A stretch of 59,629 nucleotides of DNA, the filler included, from Dirinaria sp. TL-2023a (taxonomy: Eukaryota): the NCBI GenBank assembly GCA_051941275.1. It is 6 parts of 6 records of this genome, joined end to end, with 100 filler letters (N's around TTAATTAATTAA, not from the genome) between each part and the next. Parts side by side here need not be neighbours in the genome. Positions count along the whole stretch, not along the records: positions 29,905 to 39,747 come from JAVEBF010000998.1; positions 39,848 to 49,689 come from JAVEBF010000999.1; 4 more parts are not named here. One strand, written 5' to 3'. Below, in pieces: positions 35,716 to 48,015 of the stretch. A program made the position numbers and the translations under genes. A model generated the notes under the pieces. It had not been told where the DNA came from. It did not search any database and worked only from the letters and a program-made list of their open reading frames with translations. Each line of letters starts with the position of its first letter. The first letter of the stretch is position 1.

Positions 35716-36823
35716 ATGCCACTGATAACCCCCACCACAGGCAAGCCTCGGGTCATCCTCGGGCTCATGACGTTCGGCCCAGACGAAAGCGCCGGAGCAC
35801 GTGTAACCTCCTTGTCAGACTACAGTAAGTGCTTAGACTATTTCCAATCCCAAGGCTACAACGAGGTCGACACCGCGCGGACCTATGTCGGCGGCAAGCA
35901 AGAAGCTTTCACCAGCGAAGCGCATTGGCAGGACCGTGGCCTGACGCTGGCCACGAAATGTTACCCCCGTGAGCCGGGCACACACCAGCCTGAACCCTTG
36001 AGGGAGAGCCTCGAAAAGTCATTGCAGGAGCTCAACACGAAATGTGTTGATATATTTTACCTGCATGCGCCGGACCGCTCGGTACCGTTCGAAGAAACAC
36101 TGCAGGCGCTGAATGAGATGCACAAGGAGGGTAAATTCGTGAGATTGGGTCTAAGTAATTTTACGGCGTTTGAGGTCGCGGAAATAGTCATTTTGTGTAA
36201 GGAGAGAGGATGGATGAGACCTAGTATTTATCAGGGAATGTATAATGCTATCAGTGCGTTAGGGTTGGGTGGCGGTGGCCATTGGCACCAGCGGATACTA
36301 ATGCTTGATAGCTCGGTCTCTGGAACAAGAACTCATCCCCTGCTGCCACCGGTATGGGATCGATGTTGTCATCTACAATCCTCTAGCAGGTGGCCTCTTC
36401 TCCGGCAAGATCAAATCCGCGGACATCCCGAGCGAAGGCCGATACAGCGACACGGCAAGCCGGATGGGAAATATGTATCGCAAGCGCTACTTTCGAGATG
36501 CTACTTTCGACGCACTCAAATTAATCGAGCCTGTCGCGCAAAAACATAATCTCACCATGCTCGAGATTGCTCTGAGGTGGTGCACGCATCACTCCGCTCT
36601 CAAGATGCAGAATGGAGGGACGGATGGAGTCATTATTGGTGTCAGTAGCCATGAGCAATTGGAAAGCAACCTCCGAGATCTGGAAAAGGGCCCTTTGCCT
36701 GACGAGGTTGTTAAGACATTGGATGATGCATGGCTGATCACGAAGCCGACGACGCCGAACTATTGGCACCTAGATCTAAAGTATACCTACGATACACAAG
36801 AGGCGCTGTTCAAGCGGACATAA
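35716..36823 (+). CDS. Aldo-keto reductase (aflatoxin B1 aldehyde reductase/AKR7-like); exons 35716-36253, 36312-36823
   Basis: RVILGLMTFG, VDTARTY, LATK, FYLHAPD, LGLSNF, YQGMYNAI-TRSLE, YNPLAGG, GVIIGVSS and DLEKGPLP. Confidence 0.95.
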
Positions 36824-37454
36824 TGGTAAGTCCAGTCCCTTCTCGGGGCACACACATACACACACTCTCTCCCCCACTATAGCTCGCTTGCTAGGAGTCA
36901 GCGATTTGTCTACTGACACTCACGGAGCAGACAGGACCCATAATGATGACATTGTCAACTGTAGCCTATGGTGATATCGAAATGTTGGGAGCTCGGCAAC
37001 GGTATGCCGAGGGAATGTCGTATATGATATCCATAATGGACTGGCGGGTCGTCAGGTGGGTACTACCTCAGGGCACTGTCTGGCACTGCCTGGGCAATCT
37101 TTGCCCCTATGATTAGACTGGAAGCTACGTCAAGACTAGGATCGGCGTAGCGAGTGCAATTCCACGGTGTTACAAACCGTCTTTCGTCTTCGAATGTTGC
37201 TCGTCAGCCAAGTTCTGAATCCGGACTAGGTCTCCACTTCCTTTGCCGTGAATGAAACTCGGAGTGAATCTCACCGCAACTTTCCTTCACTTTCTTCCCT
37301 TCACCCACTGCCCTTAGCTCAATTTCCAAACCTCTTTTCTCTGTTTAAGTCAAGGCTTCTGACAAGCAGTCGTTCCGACAAGGCCAGCTTGACTGAGCTC
37401 AAATCTAGACTATATTGATAGTTTGACATCTAAATTACCACAGAGGTACTAAAT

Positions 37455-38928
37455 ATGCCGAATAGATCGAGGAGCGTAGCAGAATGGGAGGCCCCGACCG
37501 TGTTGATCGAGGATATTCCTCGGATGAAATATCACTACGAACCACTGCAATTCATGAGTGAGCCGGGCATCACACAGATAGACTACGAGAATATGATCTT
37601 ATCCGGACTGTAAGTGAATCTGAGGCTCTGATTGGTCTCTTTGTTTTCCTTTGCTCTCATTCCACCGTTGTGGTGATCGTAGCCAACCCTTCCCACATTT
37701 TTGTCCCTTTCTCTGCCTTGGGCTTCATCATCCAGCAGCTGGCATCGACTGCAGCGCGACGATGGCTCTATTTGGGCAAACAGAGTGGCTGTTTGAAGAT
37801 AATATCGACTACCTGAATACCAGAATCGTGGGTTGGGGCCGTCACTGCCACCGGTGCTTCCCTCCTATCGAGCCACTGCATGTCACTTCAAGACCACGAT
37901 CATTTTGGATGCAAGGCTGACATTATCACTGTAGAGAGAACCCGGCACCACATGAGATTATCACGGTCAAATGCCCTAACGAAGCAGATGGGACAGCCTT
38001 GGTTATCCGAGTCAAAAAGTCCACCCTCATCCGCTCACCCCCATTTGCTCGCTTTTGCCAGTCCGAAGACTATCTTCCCGGTTGCCAAATGCAATTAACG
38101 TTCATGTACGAGCCAGGAGTGTGCTTTGAGCTGGCCGTCCACTATCTCGAGGAAGGGCCTGATCGGTTTGGGCAGGCTCGGCTGAGCGTATACCTACGCA
38201 CGCATTTCAAGCTTCGTGACCGTTTTATCATGCTTCTACGTCTATATCAATTGTCCTCCAAGATGGAACTGCCAGGCTTGGTCGACGTGACCTTTGCTGT
38301 TATGGAAGAAAGTGATAGGGACATGACCGCAGGCTGCTGCATCACGATAGCAAGCCTAGTTTTCCAGCATCATGCCAAGTACGACAACCGTGTGAGGGAC
38401 TGGAGCATGAAACATATCCGTAACTACATTTTTCACCTCTGTCGACTTGGGGAGTGGACCAGAGTGGTCCCTGGGCTGGAGGGCGACCTCCAGCACCAGT
38501 GGGCCACTCTGGTCCAACAGAATAGGAGGGTCATAGGTGCCATCAATGATCAGAGCCTTGGCGCCAGAGATGAAGAGCCTGAGGACGACATGAGCATATC
38601 GTCGCTGAGTAACGCCCCCCGTGCTCCTCCAGTAGTGGAGGAGGCACATCACGAAGAGACAGACCAGGCCCCGGATTTTGACGAGGAATGGGAGGATGTA
38701 TCAGAGCTGCTGCAAGACAAGCAGCAGGCAAAGCACAAACGAGCCCCTTCCCACCTAGATGTGGGGCCTGTATCAAGTCCAGATTTCGCCAAAGCTCGAG
38801 CCGTGATGGGGATGAATATGCCGAACACAACGGTTGCGACCGTTCCGAGCGCGGGCCCGGGGGCGGAGAAGAAGAGGAGGACATTTAGCAAGAGGGTTCA
38901 TCAGATGTTGCATATTTTCGAAGATTAG
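37455..38928 (+). CDS. Hypothetical protein, possibly BTB/POZ-like; 5' exon structure uncertain (main exon 37935-38928)
   Basis: Open exon of about 330 codons after GCTGAC..CTGTAG. An upstream ATG exon 37455-37609 ends in a phase-compatible GTAAGT. The LLRLYQLSSKMELPGL segment resembles the BTB C-terminal helix. Confidence 0.6.
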
Positions 38929-39293
38929 GCAGTGGTGGATGGCATTTCTTGCAGTTTCGAAGTCGCTGTTAGCTTGTCTCTGTTCTTTATTCCAAAGAGA
39001 GAATCCTACCATGGCTTTCGGGTGTATTCATGTCACTTTCTGTCGGCTAAAGGGCATTCAACTGGTTCCAACTCATCCTCCACTCGTATTCCATCGTTGA
39101 ATGAACACTAGGTGGTGTAGGAAAAGGCATGGAGCGAGGTAGAGTACAGCTTCAGGATCGAGTTAGTCAAGGACTGAAAGTGGACAGGGAGGATAGGAGC
39201 TCAGATAGGTGGATTTGTACAGATAAAGGCTCCATCGATGAGGAGTCCTGAGGTAAGAGGTATCTTTGTTTCAGTGTTGATTGAGAGTCAGCG

Positions 39294-39522
39294 CTATTTC
39301 TTCACTGAAACCCGTCCAATCCTCGTGTGCTTCTCCAATAATCTTTCCTTGTGTGGCGAGCCCAATAGCCAGGGAGTACTGGACATGGAATAAGCTGGGT
39401 AGAAAGCCAGCAAACTGGATGTCTGATGCTTACGCCAAGGGAGCGGACTCCAGCCATGCGTTAGGCAGAGTAACAGTAAACGATAAAGGAACAATCATAG
39501 CAGCTAGTAGGACGGTCTTCAT
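39294..39522 (-). CDS. Candidate small secreted peptide (57 aa; exons 39522-39434, 39378-39294)
   Basis: Signal-peptide-like MKTVLLAAMIVPLSFTVTLP followed by a 55-nt GTAAGC..CAG intron. Confidence 0.3.
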
Positions 39523-39747
39523 TCCTTGTTTGCAATCACTATGCCTCTGAAAGAAAATCGTTTTAGACCAATAGTGCGTCGCTGTGTTCAGCCTTGGTCC
39601 TCGTCGATTATGTAGTCGTGCAGCGTTAGCTGAATTAATTGCCCCCACAAAAGCTTTCACTCATTTTCTTTCACACTCAGAAACTGTTAAAGAGCCTGCT
39701 GCAGGTTATTCTCTTGTTGATCCAGCCCATCTACGTCTTCAGGCTTA

Positions 39748-39847
39748 NNNNNNNNNNNNNNNNNNNNNNNNNNNNNNNNNNNNNNNNNNNNTTAATTAAT
39801 TAANNNNNNNNNNNNNNNNNNNNNNNNNNNNNNNNNNNNNNNNNNNN
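39748..39847. other. Artificial contig linker
   Basis: N44-TTAATTAATTAA-N44. Confidence 0.99.
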
Positions 39848-39855
39848 CCAAAACC

Positions 39856-39856
<1 letters not shown>

Positions 39857-39907
<51 letters not shown>
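39857..39907. repeat. Poly(A) tract (~50 nt) at contig start, upstream of RRP8
   Basis: Read directly from the sequence. Confidence 0.95.
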
Positions 39908-39912
<5 letters not shown>

Positions 39913-40083
39913 AAAGAAAGAAAGCACGTCCACAGGAAATACTTGCCTCTGATCTCTAAAAGTCAATTTGCGAGCCAGCATTAACATCAAATATGTGATC
40001 ACAATCGTCCAAGGGTTCGTCCTACAGAACGTAAGGCCCAGTCTTTTGGCCTAAACAAATCCATTGCAAAATCTGAGAACGGG

Positions 40084-42120
40084 ATGTTCGCCGTACCTGG
40101 CTGGGCGGTCTCAGCAGAGGCCTTGAAGACGCAACAGGATCCTTCAGATCACACCAGTCTCACTCGCTCCTCCGCGGAAAGCCTACCCAAATCTTCAAAA
40201 AAGAGGAAGCGAAAGCATGGACAGTCCAATGGGGTCAACGTCACCGAAGAGAATCTTGCAGAGATGTGGAAGAAGCACATTGAGGGTGGAAACCAGAAGC
40301 GTGTTCGTCAAGAAAAACGTAGAAGACCGAGCTCAGAGGAAAACGTGAAGAGGCCTGCACCGGAAGCAGAGCAAGATGGGGACCTCAAAGACTCATACCA
40401 CAAGGAACGCGCGGGCTCAGCTCGGAAACCTTCAGCGAAGGGAGGTTCAGCGAGCCTTAAGGTAGAGAATGCCGTACCCTTGACAAAGAACCAAAAGCCC
40501 CTGTCTGATACAGCGGGCCATGCAGCTGTACAGGACGACGCCAAGGACTTGGGCAAGGCCAGATACGAGGAACGTATGAGGAGGAAGCAGGACAAAGCTG
40601 CGATGAGAGCTGCTGGTACTTCTTCAAAGGTGTCAGAGGTGCCAGATCAAGGTCCAAATACCACAGCTTCAAATAAGCCCACAAACAAGAAACATGCCAA
40701 ACCCAAGGCAGCTCCACAACCGAAGCAGAGCGACCGCGATCCTGAAGCCAAAACGCCCCAAAAAGCTCCGTCTGAACAAGCGTCGCAAACTGACAGCCAG
40801 GTTCAAATCCACCCACCGAATCTACAGAAGCCTGCACCGTCTACCGGCCCAAAATCTCTACCAACACCACCACCACCTCCTCCTCCTCCCCAACAACCTC
40901 CTCCATCGAATCTCACCCCCTTACAAAAATCGATGCAAGCCAAACTCCTCTCCTCCCGCTTCCGGCACCTGAACCAAACCCTATACACCAGCCCTTCCAG
41001 CACCGCTCTCCAGTTATTCACATCCACTCCGTCAGCCTACACAGCGTACCACGCCGGTTTCCGCGCCCAAGTGGCAGTCTGGCCCCAAAACCCGGTAGAG
41101 ACGTTCATCTCGGACATAAAGCAGCGAGGGAGCATCCGTCGCTCCGGGCTCAAAGACCAAAAGCAGGCCTGGAAGGCGCAGAAGCGGAAAAAGCACCACC
41201 AGGGAGAAGCCCCAAAAGAAGAAGAAGGCGGTAAAAAGAGCACCAGAAACGATGACGGGCAACAAGCGGTAGCAGCAGCAGCAGAACCCTTACCACGCAG
41301 CACAGGAGGAACATGCACAATCGCCGACTTAGGCTGCGGAGACGCTCAGCTCGCAGCTTCTCTCCTACACCACCACAACACGCCGCAGCAGCAGCTGAAC
41401 CTCAAGATCCACTCCTTCGACTTCTGCCCCGGCGACGGGCCCCACGCGCCCCTCATCACCGTCGCCGACATCACCAACCTCCCGCTCCGCGAAAACGAGA
41501 TCGACCTCGCCATCTGCTGCCTCAGCCTGATGGGCACGAACTGGGTAGATGTCGTGGACGAAGCGGCGCGCGTCGTGAGACGGGGGGGCGAGGTCTGGGT
41601 TGCGGAGACGAAGAGCCGGTTTGGGAGGCCAGCTCCACCACCATCTGCTCCTGCTCTTCTCAAAAAGGACGGGGGAAAGGGGCGGAAGAAAGCTACCAAT
41701 AATGGTAATGAAGAAGAAGAAGAGCAAGAAGAAGATGAAAGGGCCATAGAAATCGAATCCGATCCCGAGATCACTATCAACATCGATATCCTGGGCCCTA
41801 GTGCAGCAGCAGCATTGAAGAAAAAGAGAAAGAAAAGTCTACAACAAGAACAAAAAGAAACGGATCTCACCCCCTTCCTAGCAATCTGGCGCCGCAGAGG
41901 CTTCGAACTCAAAGGCGAGCCGGACACGCAGAACCGAATGTTTGTGCGCTTGCGTTTCGTTCGATCGTTCGATACTGCGGCTCGAAGTGGAGCAGCTGGT
42001 GGGATGGGGAAACGGAAAAGGGAGTTTCTAGAGTATGATGATGAGGAGGGGGAGGATGGGGGGAGGAGGAAAGAGGAAGAGGCGAAGGTGCTCAAACCGT
42101 GTGTTTATAAATTGCGATGA
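40084..42120 (+). CDS. RRP8: 25S rRNA adenine-N1 methyltransferase Rrp8 (nucleomethylin), single exon
   Basis: MFAVPGW start, LTPLQKSMQAKLLSSRFRHLNQTLYT, YHAGFRAQVAVWPQNPV, IADLGCGDA, CLSLMGTNW and terminal LKPCVYKLR. Confidence 0.96.
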   Translation: MFAVPGWAVSAEALKTQQDPSDHTSLTRSSAESLPKSSKKRKRKHGQSNGVNVTEENLAEMWKKHIEGGNQKRVRQEKRRRPSSEENVKRPAPEAEQDGDLKDSYHKERAGSARKPSAKGGSASLKVENAVPLTKNQKPLSDTAGHAAVQDDAKDLGKARYEERMRRKQDKAAMRAAGTSSKVSEVPDQGPNTTASNKPTNKKHAKPKAAPQPKQSDRDPEAKTPQKAPSEQASQTDSQVQIHPPNLQKPAPSTGPKSLPTPPPPPPPPQQPPPSNLTPLQKSMQAKLLSSRFRHLNQTLYTSPSSTALQLFTSTPSAYTAYHAGFRAQVAVWPQNPVETFISDIKQRGSIRRSGLKDQKQAWKAQKRKKHHQGEAPKEEEGGKKSTRNDDGQQAVAAAAEPLPRSTGGTCTIADLGCGDAQLAASLLHHHNTPQQQLNLKIHSFDFCPGDGPHAPLITVADITNLPLRENEIDLAICCLSLMGTNWVDVVDEAARVVRRGGEVWVAETKSRFGRPAPPPSAPALLKKDGGKGRKKATNNGNEEEEEQEEDERAIEIESDPEITINIDILGPSAAAALKKKRKKSLQQEQKETDLTPFLAIWRRRGFELKGEPDTQNRMFVRLRFVRSFDTAARSGAAGGMGKRKREFLEYDDEEGEDGGRRKEEEAKVLKPCVYKLR

Positions 42121-42996
42121 AAAAAAATTTTTTTTTTTCGTGCGTGCGATCGTGCGTGGGTGGGTGGGTAAGAAGAGCTTACATGTACTTGGAATTGTCT
42201 TGTTCGGTTTTCGGGGTTGTGAGGAGAGAGGAGAGAGAAAGATGTGGAAGGTATTATTTTGCTGGTGGGAAGGGGGGGCTTTGATACATGTTGGGATTTT
42301 TCTTTTTTCCTTTTCTATGGAAATATCTACCAGACCAGGGACTTATGTAAAGGTGGATCACACAGTCCCGTAGGTACATACATAGAATACTGTAGGTACA
42401 GTGACATCGGTTGAAGAATGTCCCCGCCCTGCTCCTCATCCACCTTAGCCACGCTTTTTTGAAAGGTGGAAGGGAAATTTTTTTCTACAAAAAAAAAAAA
42501 AAAAAAAATAGAATCCCTCCCCACTGAGCATGTCTTTCGCATAGTATCATCATCGTCTATACTTTGTACTTTTTCCCCCCTTTTTTTCCATACGAAGATC
42601 GTTGAAGGATCTCGTTGAAATAGTGCCTCGCTCTTCTCTTTTTATCTACTTCTCGCATAAGATCGTTGAAGGATCTTGCGAAAGGGGGAAAATAGAAACT
42701 ATGTTAAAAAAAGAAACGAAAAAAAAAAAAAAAGAAACAAACAAACGCTTTCCTGGGGTATGTTGAATTTCCGTTTTGGGATCATATGCTCCTGTCATCG
42801 TTCGTCGTTTGGAAACGCCGGCGCTGTGCAAATCATTGTGGAGGAAAAAGGGTCGAAGAAGTGGTTGATGAATGGAGACGGAGGAAAAGGGTTGAGTATC
42901 TGAGGTTGAAGCCAGGCAGAGAGTAATCACTGTTTGGCGATATATCAATCGAGTTGTGGAGTATTGTGATGCCGGAGGACCGTTGAAGAACGGCAT

Positions 42997-45059
42997 CTAA
43001 TTCGCGACTTGCTCGAAAACGGCAGGGTTCTCGGCCTTGTGGACACCGTTCAACTCGGCGATTGCCTTGTCGTTGTCGGCTGTGGCCTTTTCGATCGGTT
43101 TTGGCGGGTCATCCATGCCATCAACCTGGAGGCCATTAAAGAGGTCGAAGATGCCGTGTGAGGAGTGGAAGTCATTGTGTACGATGTTGAGCAGGTACCA
43201 ATTGTCCATGATGCCGGTGATGAGCTGTCGGCTTTGGCTGTTGGAATCGTAGCATTTGGCCCAATCAGAGCCAAGACGGTATGCCTCGTCTTTCCAGGCT
43301 AGGAAGCTGACCGCCTCGACGATGGTGGGCTGGACGATTTCCTTGCCCGGGAAAACACCCCAGGTCACGGCGTTTGGACCATCACTGGGGGCATTTGTCC
43401 TCAAATCGGGTCCTCTGCTTCCTTTATTCACTGCGTAGAAAGACATATTCGGATCTCTATCGATACGAGCCATCAGTTCGGAAAGTAGTTCTGGAGGCAC
43501 GAGAAGCTCGAGATATGCTTTTTGGTACACATAACCTTCGGACGGGCCCCAGCCGTACACCGGATGGGTTGATTTGACCCCATTGACCGACGGCTGGGAA
43601 GTTATGGTTAGGAAGCCTCGACTATTGAGGTCGATGAGTTGTGGCTTGATTGCGTCGGCTTCTCGCGTAATTTCGACTTCGCTCCAAGGCAGGCTCTTGA
43701 TCTCGTTTTTTAAAAAGCGGATGAAGATATTCGCGATATCCCTCAAAGTCTGTGGTTTGCCCCATAGCTTGAGATTCTGCTCATTCGTCCCCTTTAGACC
43801 AATCCCATAAGCATCAAGCTCACCGAAGGCAGGGGATCTTGAGTCGCCCCAGCGCCCGTTCGGGAATTCATCCCATTCCTGTGTCCGGGCGATGTACGAC
43901 TTGTGACGATTCTTCCAAAATATGGGCCGCACATCCTCGTCGCGTCGGTTGAGTCCGAGGGACTGACGCCATGGCAAAGGTCTTGTGGGCGTGCCATCAC
44001 TCGATATCATCCCTAGCTCTTCAAGTACCATTCGGGTAGCTTGAGCAAGGTTCATGGTATAGCTAATAGAATTAGCAAAGCATAATATTGTCAAGAATGA
44101 CTTCCTTACAAGTGCAACGCCATGATGCCCGAATCGATGATTCTCTGGCACATCTCAGCAACGAGGCCTTTTCCAATCTCTCGCACAACTGCATCGTCGT
44201 TTTTGACTGGTTCTAATGCATCCAACCACTTTTGTGGAATGTGACATTTCGACCAATTTGCACGTCGAAGAAATGCAGCATGGGTTTGTATGGGCATGAT
44301 ACCGGGCACGATAGGTGCGGTGATACCTCTAGCACGCACTTTGTCAACCCAGGAAAGAAAGATATCAACGTCGTAGAACATCTGCGTGACGATGAACGTG
44401 CCACCGGCATCGATTTTCTCCTTGAGGTGTTCCATCAGTAGTTCAGGGTCTTGCGTGTCATCGCATCCCTCGGAATAGCCGGCAACTCCGATATCGAAAT
44501 GATCTCCGTAGCGTTGTTTGATGTGATGAATGAGATCCCTAGCATACTGAAAGCCGCCTTCTACAGCCTTCCATTTTTCTTTTTCTCTAGGAGGATCGCC
44601 ACGGAGAGCGAGTATATTGGTACATCCGGCTTTGAATGCTTGATCAAGCGCATCGTTGATTTGCTGGACGTCCATATCTGTACACGTAAGGTGCATACAC
44701 GTCTCAAGGCCGAAGGTTCCCTGAGCTACATCGACCATTTGACAAGTCAGTTCGGACGAGCTGCCACCGGCACCCCAGGTCACATCGATGAAGGCAGGGC
44801 CAAGGTCATGCATGCGGTCCATACCTGCCATCTGTCAGTATCAAATAGCAACCCACTTGGCCTCTCGAGTTCCCCGGAGCATCGTAGGATTGACATACGG
44901 TCGTAGAGATTTTGCACGCCCTGGCAGAATGGTTAGAACCTCCATTGCTTAAACACCTGGAGGTCAGCTTACCTGCTGTGTCTTTGGTGGGAAAAACTCG
45001 AAGGAGAAGATAGGCTTCTTCGCCTTCTCGGCCTCGGCCAGCTTATGACTGATATGCAT
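42997..45059 (-). CDS. MET13: Methylenetetrahydrofolate reductase (Met13 type); exons 45059-44973, 44920-44899, 44824-44110, 44062-42997
   Basis: [79 protein letters not shown] and NAVTWGVFPGKEIVQPT. Confidence 0.96.
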
Positions 45060-45749
45060 CTTGCGTTCGTTGTCTTTACGTGTAAGAGTGGCCATGATTA
45101 GCTTTGGTGCTGAGATCTTTAGGAAGTGGTTGCTCACTTTATGTACTTGCAAGCACAGATGGAGACCTTATACCCCTCAGACGTAGCACGAAGTGTCGAG
45201 TCGGAACAATCAAAGCACAACGAAGCGCTGTCTCCAGTCGTCAAGCAGTGTTCTTGCCTCTTCCTAACAGTTGTTTGTCTCGGCGTCCCCTTCTATCCTC
45301 TCACAGACGAGCAGCACCTCGTCAGAGAGGGTTTGCCTTGCCTAACAATCTGATGCCCTAGCCCAAGTATCTTTTACGAGCCCAACGATCTGCCAATTGT
45401 CTTGACATGCACCACGATATTTGCTAAAATTTCCTTTATATAGTACGAGTCTCCATCATGCTCGTAGGCCTGTATCGATGGTGAGGAGCGAGTTCATTCA
45501 AGGATAACGGTACGAGAGATAAATAATATTCAGGATCCAGGAGCAGTAAGGTTGAATCGAGTGGTGAGGTCAGTCTGGAAGGAGTTGCATGAGCCCCGAG
45601 TCGGAGCTGATCTACCCCACGCATTGTACTTTGCCAAGGCTCCTCTGCATGCATCAGTGCCGACGGAGATGACGGGAGCACTCTAGCTATCGAATTTCTT
45701 TGCTCTCCTTAACTTGTCTTCGATTAAGAGCGTGCTCTACGTTTTCGCC

Positions 45750-46019
45750 ATGTCGTTGTGGCAGTGAGATCACCCGCCGCTTCTTGTCGTCTCAGCATAC
45801 CAATGGTACTGACCGGGACGCAGGTCGTTTCGGAGACTGGAGCCACGCACCAGGATGTGGATTGGCCTGGGACTCATAGCTTGGTCTGGCATCGGCATTG
45901 TCGTATCTAACAGCGCTGAAAGGCGTTTCGGCATGATACCAACCGAGGAGGACAAAGAGCGATTGAGGAAAGCCATGCCCAAAATAACGGTCGTGGAACG
46001 CCGAGAGAGAGAAAGATGA
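45750..46019 (+). CDS. Small single-pass membrane protein (69 aa); exons 45750-45763, 45824-46019
   Basis: MSLWQ-SFRRLEPRTRMWIGLGLIAWSGIGIVVSNSAERRFGMIPTEEDKERLRKAMPKITVVERRERER*. Intron GTGAGA..ACTGAC..CAG; GCCATG start. Confidence 0.8.
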
Positions 46020-46281
46020 GGGGATCTACGGACAGAAAGGCGCAATCAAGGTTGAAGGATACCAGTATCTAAAGCTGAATCGGATAATGGCATTCATCCA
46101 ACAGAACGGAGCTCTGCTTCAGTTGCGAATTAATTATCACTTTCAATTCTCAAGGGAACCGATGCTTGGTTTTTGACATAAGGATACTATTCCAATCGGC
46201 CATAAAACGTCCTGCGACGCCGAGCCTTCACATTATTCCACGTCCACATAAGAAAATAATTACGCCAGCTATCAATTGCCT

Positions 46282-47204
46282 TCAAAGACAGAACTTTGCA
46301 ACCCCGCCTATGGCCGTCATGCCCACCGCCGTCCACCATACGACGTCCGCGTTTCGTAACAACCACGGCTCCTCTTTGCTCGACAGATTCCACTTTAGAG
46401 GTTCGGAGTTTTCGTCGAGACTTCGCTTCGATTTTGCCTTGCTCGTTGACTTGGCGGATCCGGTTCCTGTTGCTGCAGTAGGGTTGAGGGTTTCTGTCGG
46501 TAGCATTTGGGGAGGCGAATACGCGATCCACATAGGATTCTGGGGTGCGCCATCGTACTGGAAGAGGTTTAAGCGTTTCATCTTGTTGTAGGAGTCGGTT
46601 TCAATTCGGTATGACTATAACAGTAGTTCAGCCGCCGTTGCTCACATCTTTGCCCACAGCAGGGTCTGTCGTACCTGGATGAGCTCAGGCTGGTGGTAAC
46701 GGGTGAAAACGGAATTCTGGAATTCGCAAGGGCTTGACAGTAGTTGCCGGCCGTCGACGGCAATGGGTTCAAGAGAAAGTGAGCCATTGGCATTCTTAGT
46801 GTAGCTGCCATGTTGCCATTGCATTATTCCTTGAGCGCAGTTGGGATTTGCAGCTTTGCGAGGAATCAGTCAAAGTACATGGAAACGATATTTGATCGAT
46901 CCTCAGCTTACGATTTGAGATAGCCCTGTAATAGGCAACCTCGTAGTGGCCATCGGCGGTGAAAGAGTAAGACATGCCGGTAAGGTCGGGCTCGGTGAAC
47001 TTGTCGTTGACCGGGTCATAGAAACCCTGATATTGGTGAGCGAGACTGCGTATTTCTGAAGATTACTATACGTACTGGACCTGTGATGACTTTGCGTGAC
47101 TTCGTTGTCCATGTCCCCACCAGCGCCGGGTCGGCTTGTTGAGCGGATGCAAAAGGGAGCAAAAGGGCAGCGCCCAAGGCAAGAAAGTTCACCGTCAACT
47201 TCAT
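46282..47204 (-). CDS. ROT1: ER chaperone Rot1 (4 exons)
   Basis: Signal peptide, [78 protein letters not shown] and C-terminal [14 protein letters not shown]. Confidence 0.95.
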
Positions 47205-48015
47205 GGTGGATATAATAGAGTGAATCAGAATAGAGGAAGTAGCCTTCCACTTTACGTGGAGGTTGATGTTGCAGTTGATGAGAGCATCATACAACTTTTT
47301 GAAGGGGGGGAGAGGCGAGGATTATTTTGGGGAAGGACGAGTACGTAACGGGCTAAGTACTCTCGGTTCATCTTCGGCCCGCCATAAACGCCGAGAACAG
47401 TTGGGATTCTACGCCGGGAGGCCGGAACGCTCGAACGCGCCTCAACAGATCAGATCTCTGCCATTCTCACAGCAAACACCTACTAGTACTAGTACTATAT
47501 CCTTTACCATACCACACTATTTGCGACCTCGAGTACTGAAATACAATCAGAAAGGTCGAGAAATGACTGAGACCACAATGACTGATGCTTCTACAATGCG
47601 CTGTCGCCCGCCGGCTTGCCTGAATCTTGTTCTGGTTCCGGTCCTGAAGCGAGCAACTTGAACTCGGCTCGAATCTCCCCATGATGGTCTCGAAGGATTC
47701 CACATCTGCATTTCATAGTCTGGTGTGGATGATATCGTGCAATGAATTTTCGCTACTCTCACACCCTCTCGCTCTTGTTCGCGATAAATAATCGCTTCCC
47801 CAATCATTGGCGCGTCTCTAACTGCTGATCTACGAGCTGCAAGCGCAGGTCTATCTGGCATTGCTTTTGCTGATGCACCTCCCCGCACTCTCTCCGCGAC
47901 CTTCCGTCAGCTCTTTGAATACCTAGTGACTGTTTCTTTCTTTCTGTCTCATTTAAAGCCAGCCTTTCTCTTAGCATATCTGGGAGCCGTTCCTAAGTCC
48001 GCAAAGCCAACCGCT

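Noticed and set aside
41346..42095. 249-aa minus-strand ORF
   Set aside because: Antisense to RRP8; arises from low-complexity codon bias.
42595..42676. 18-bp direct repeat AAGATCGTTGAAGGATCT
   Set aside because: Only two copies in a terminator region; best explained as a local duplication.
40084..45059. RRP8 and MET13 as a SAM/methylation module
   Set aside because: Two convergent housekeeping genes; nothing in the sequence indicates functional coupling.
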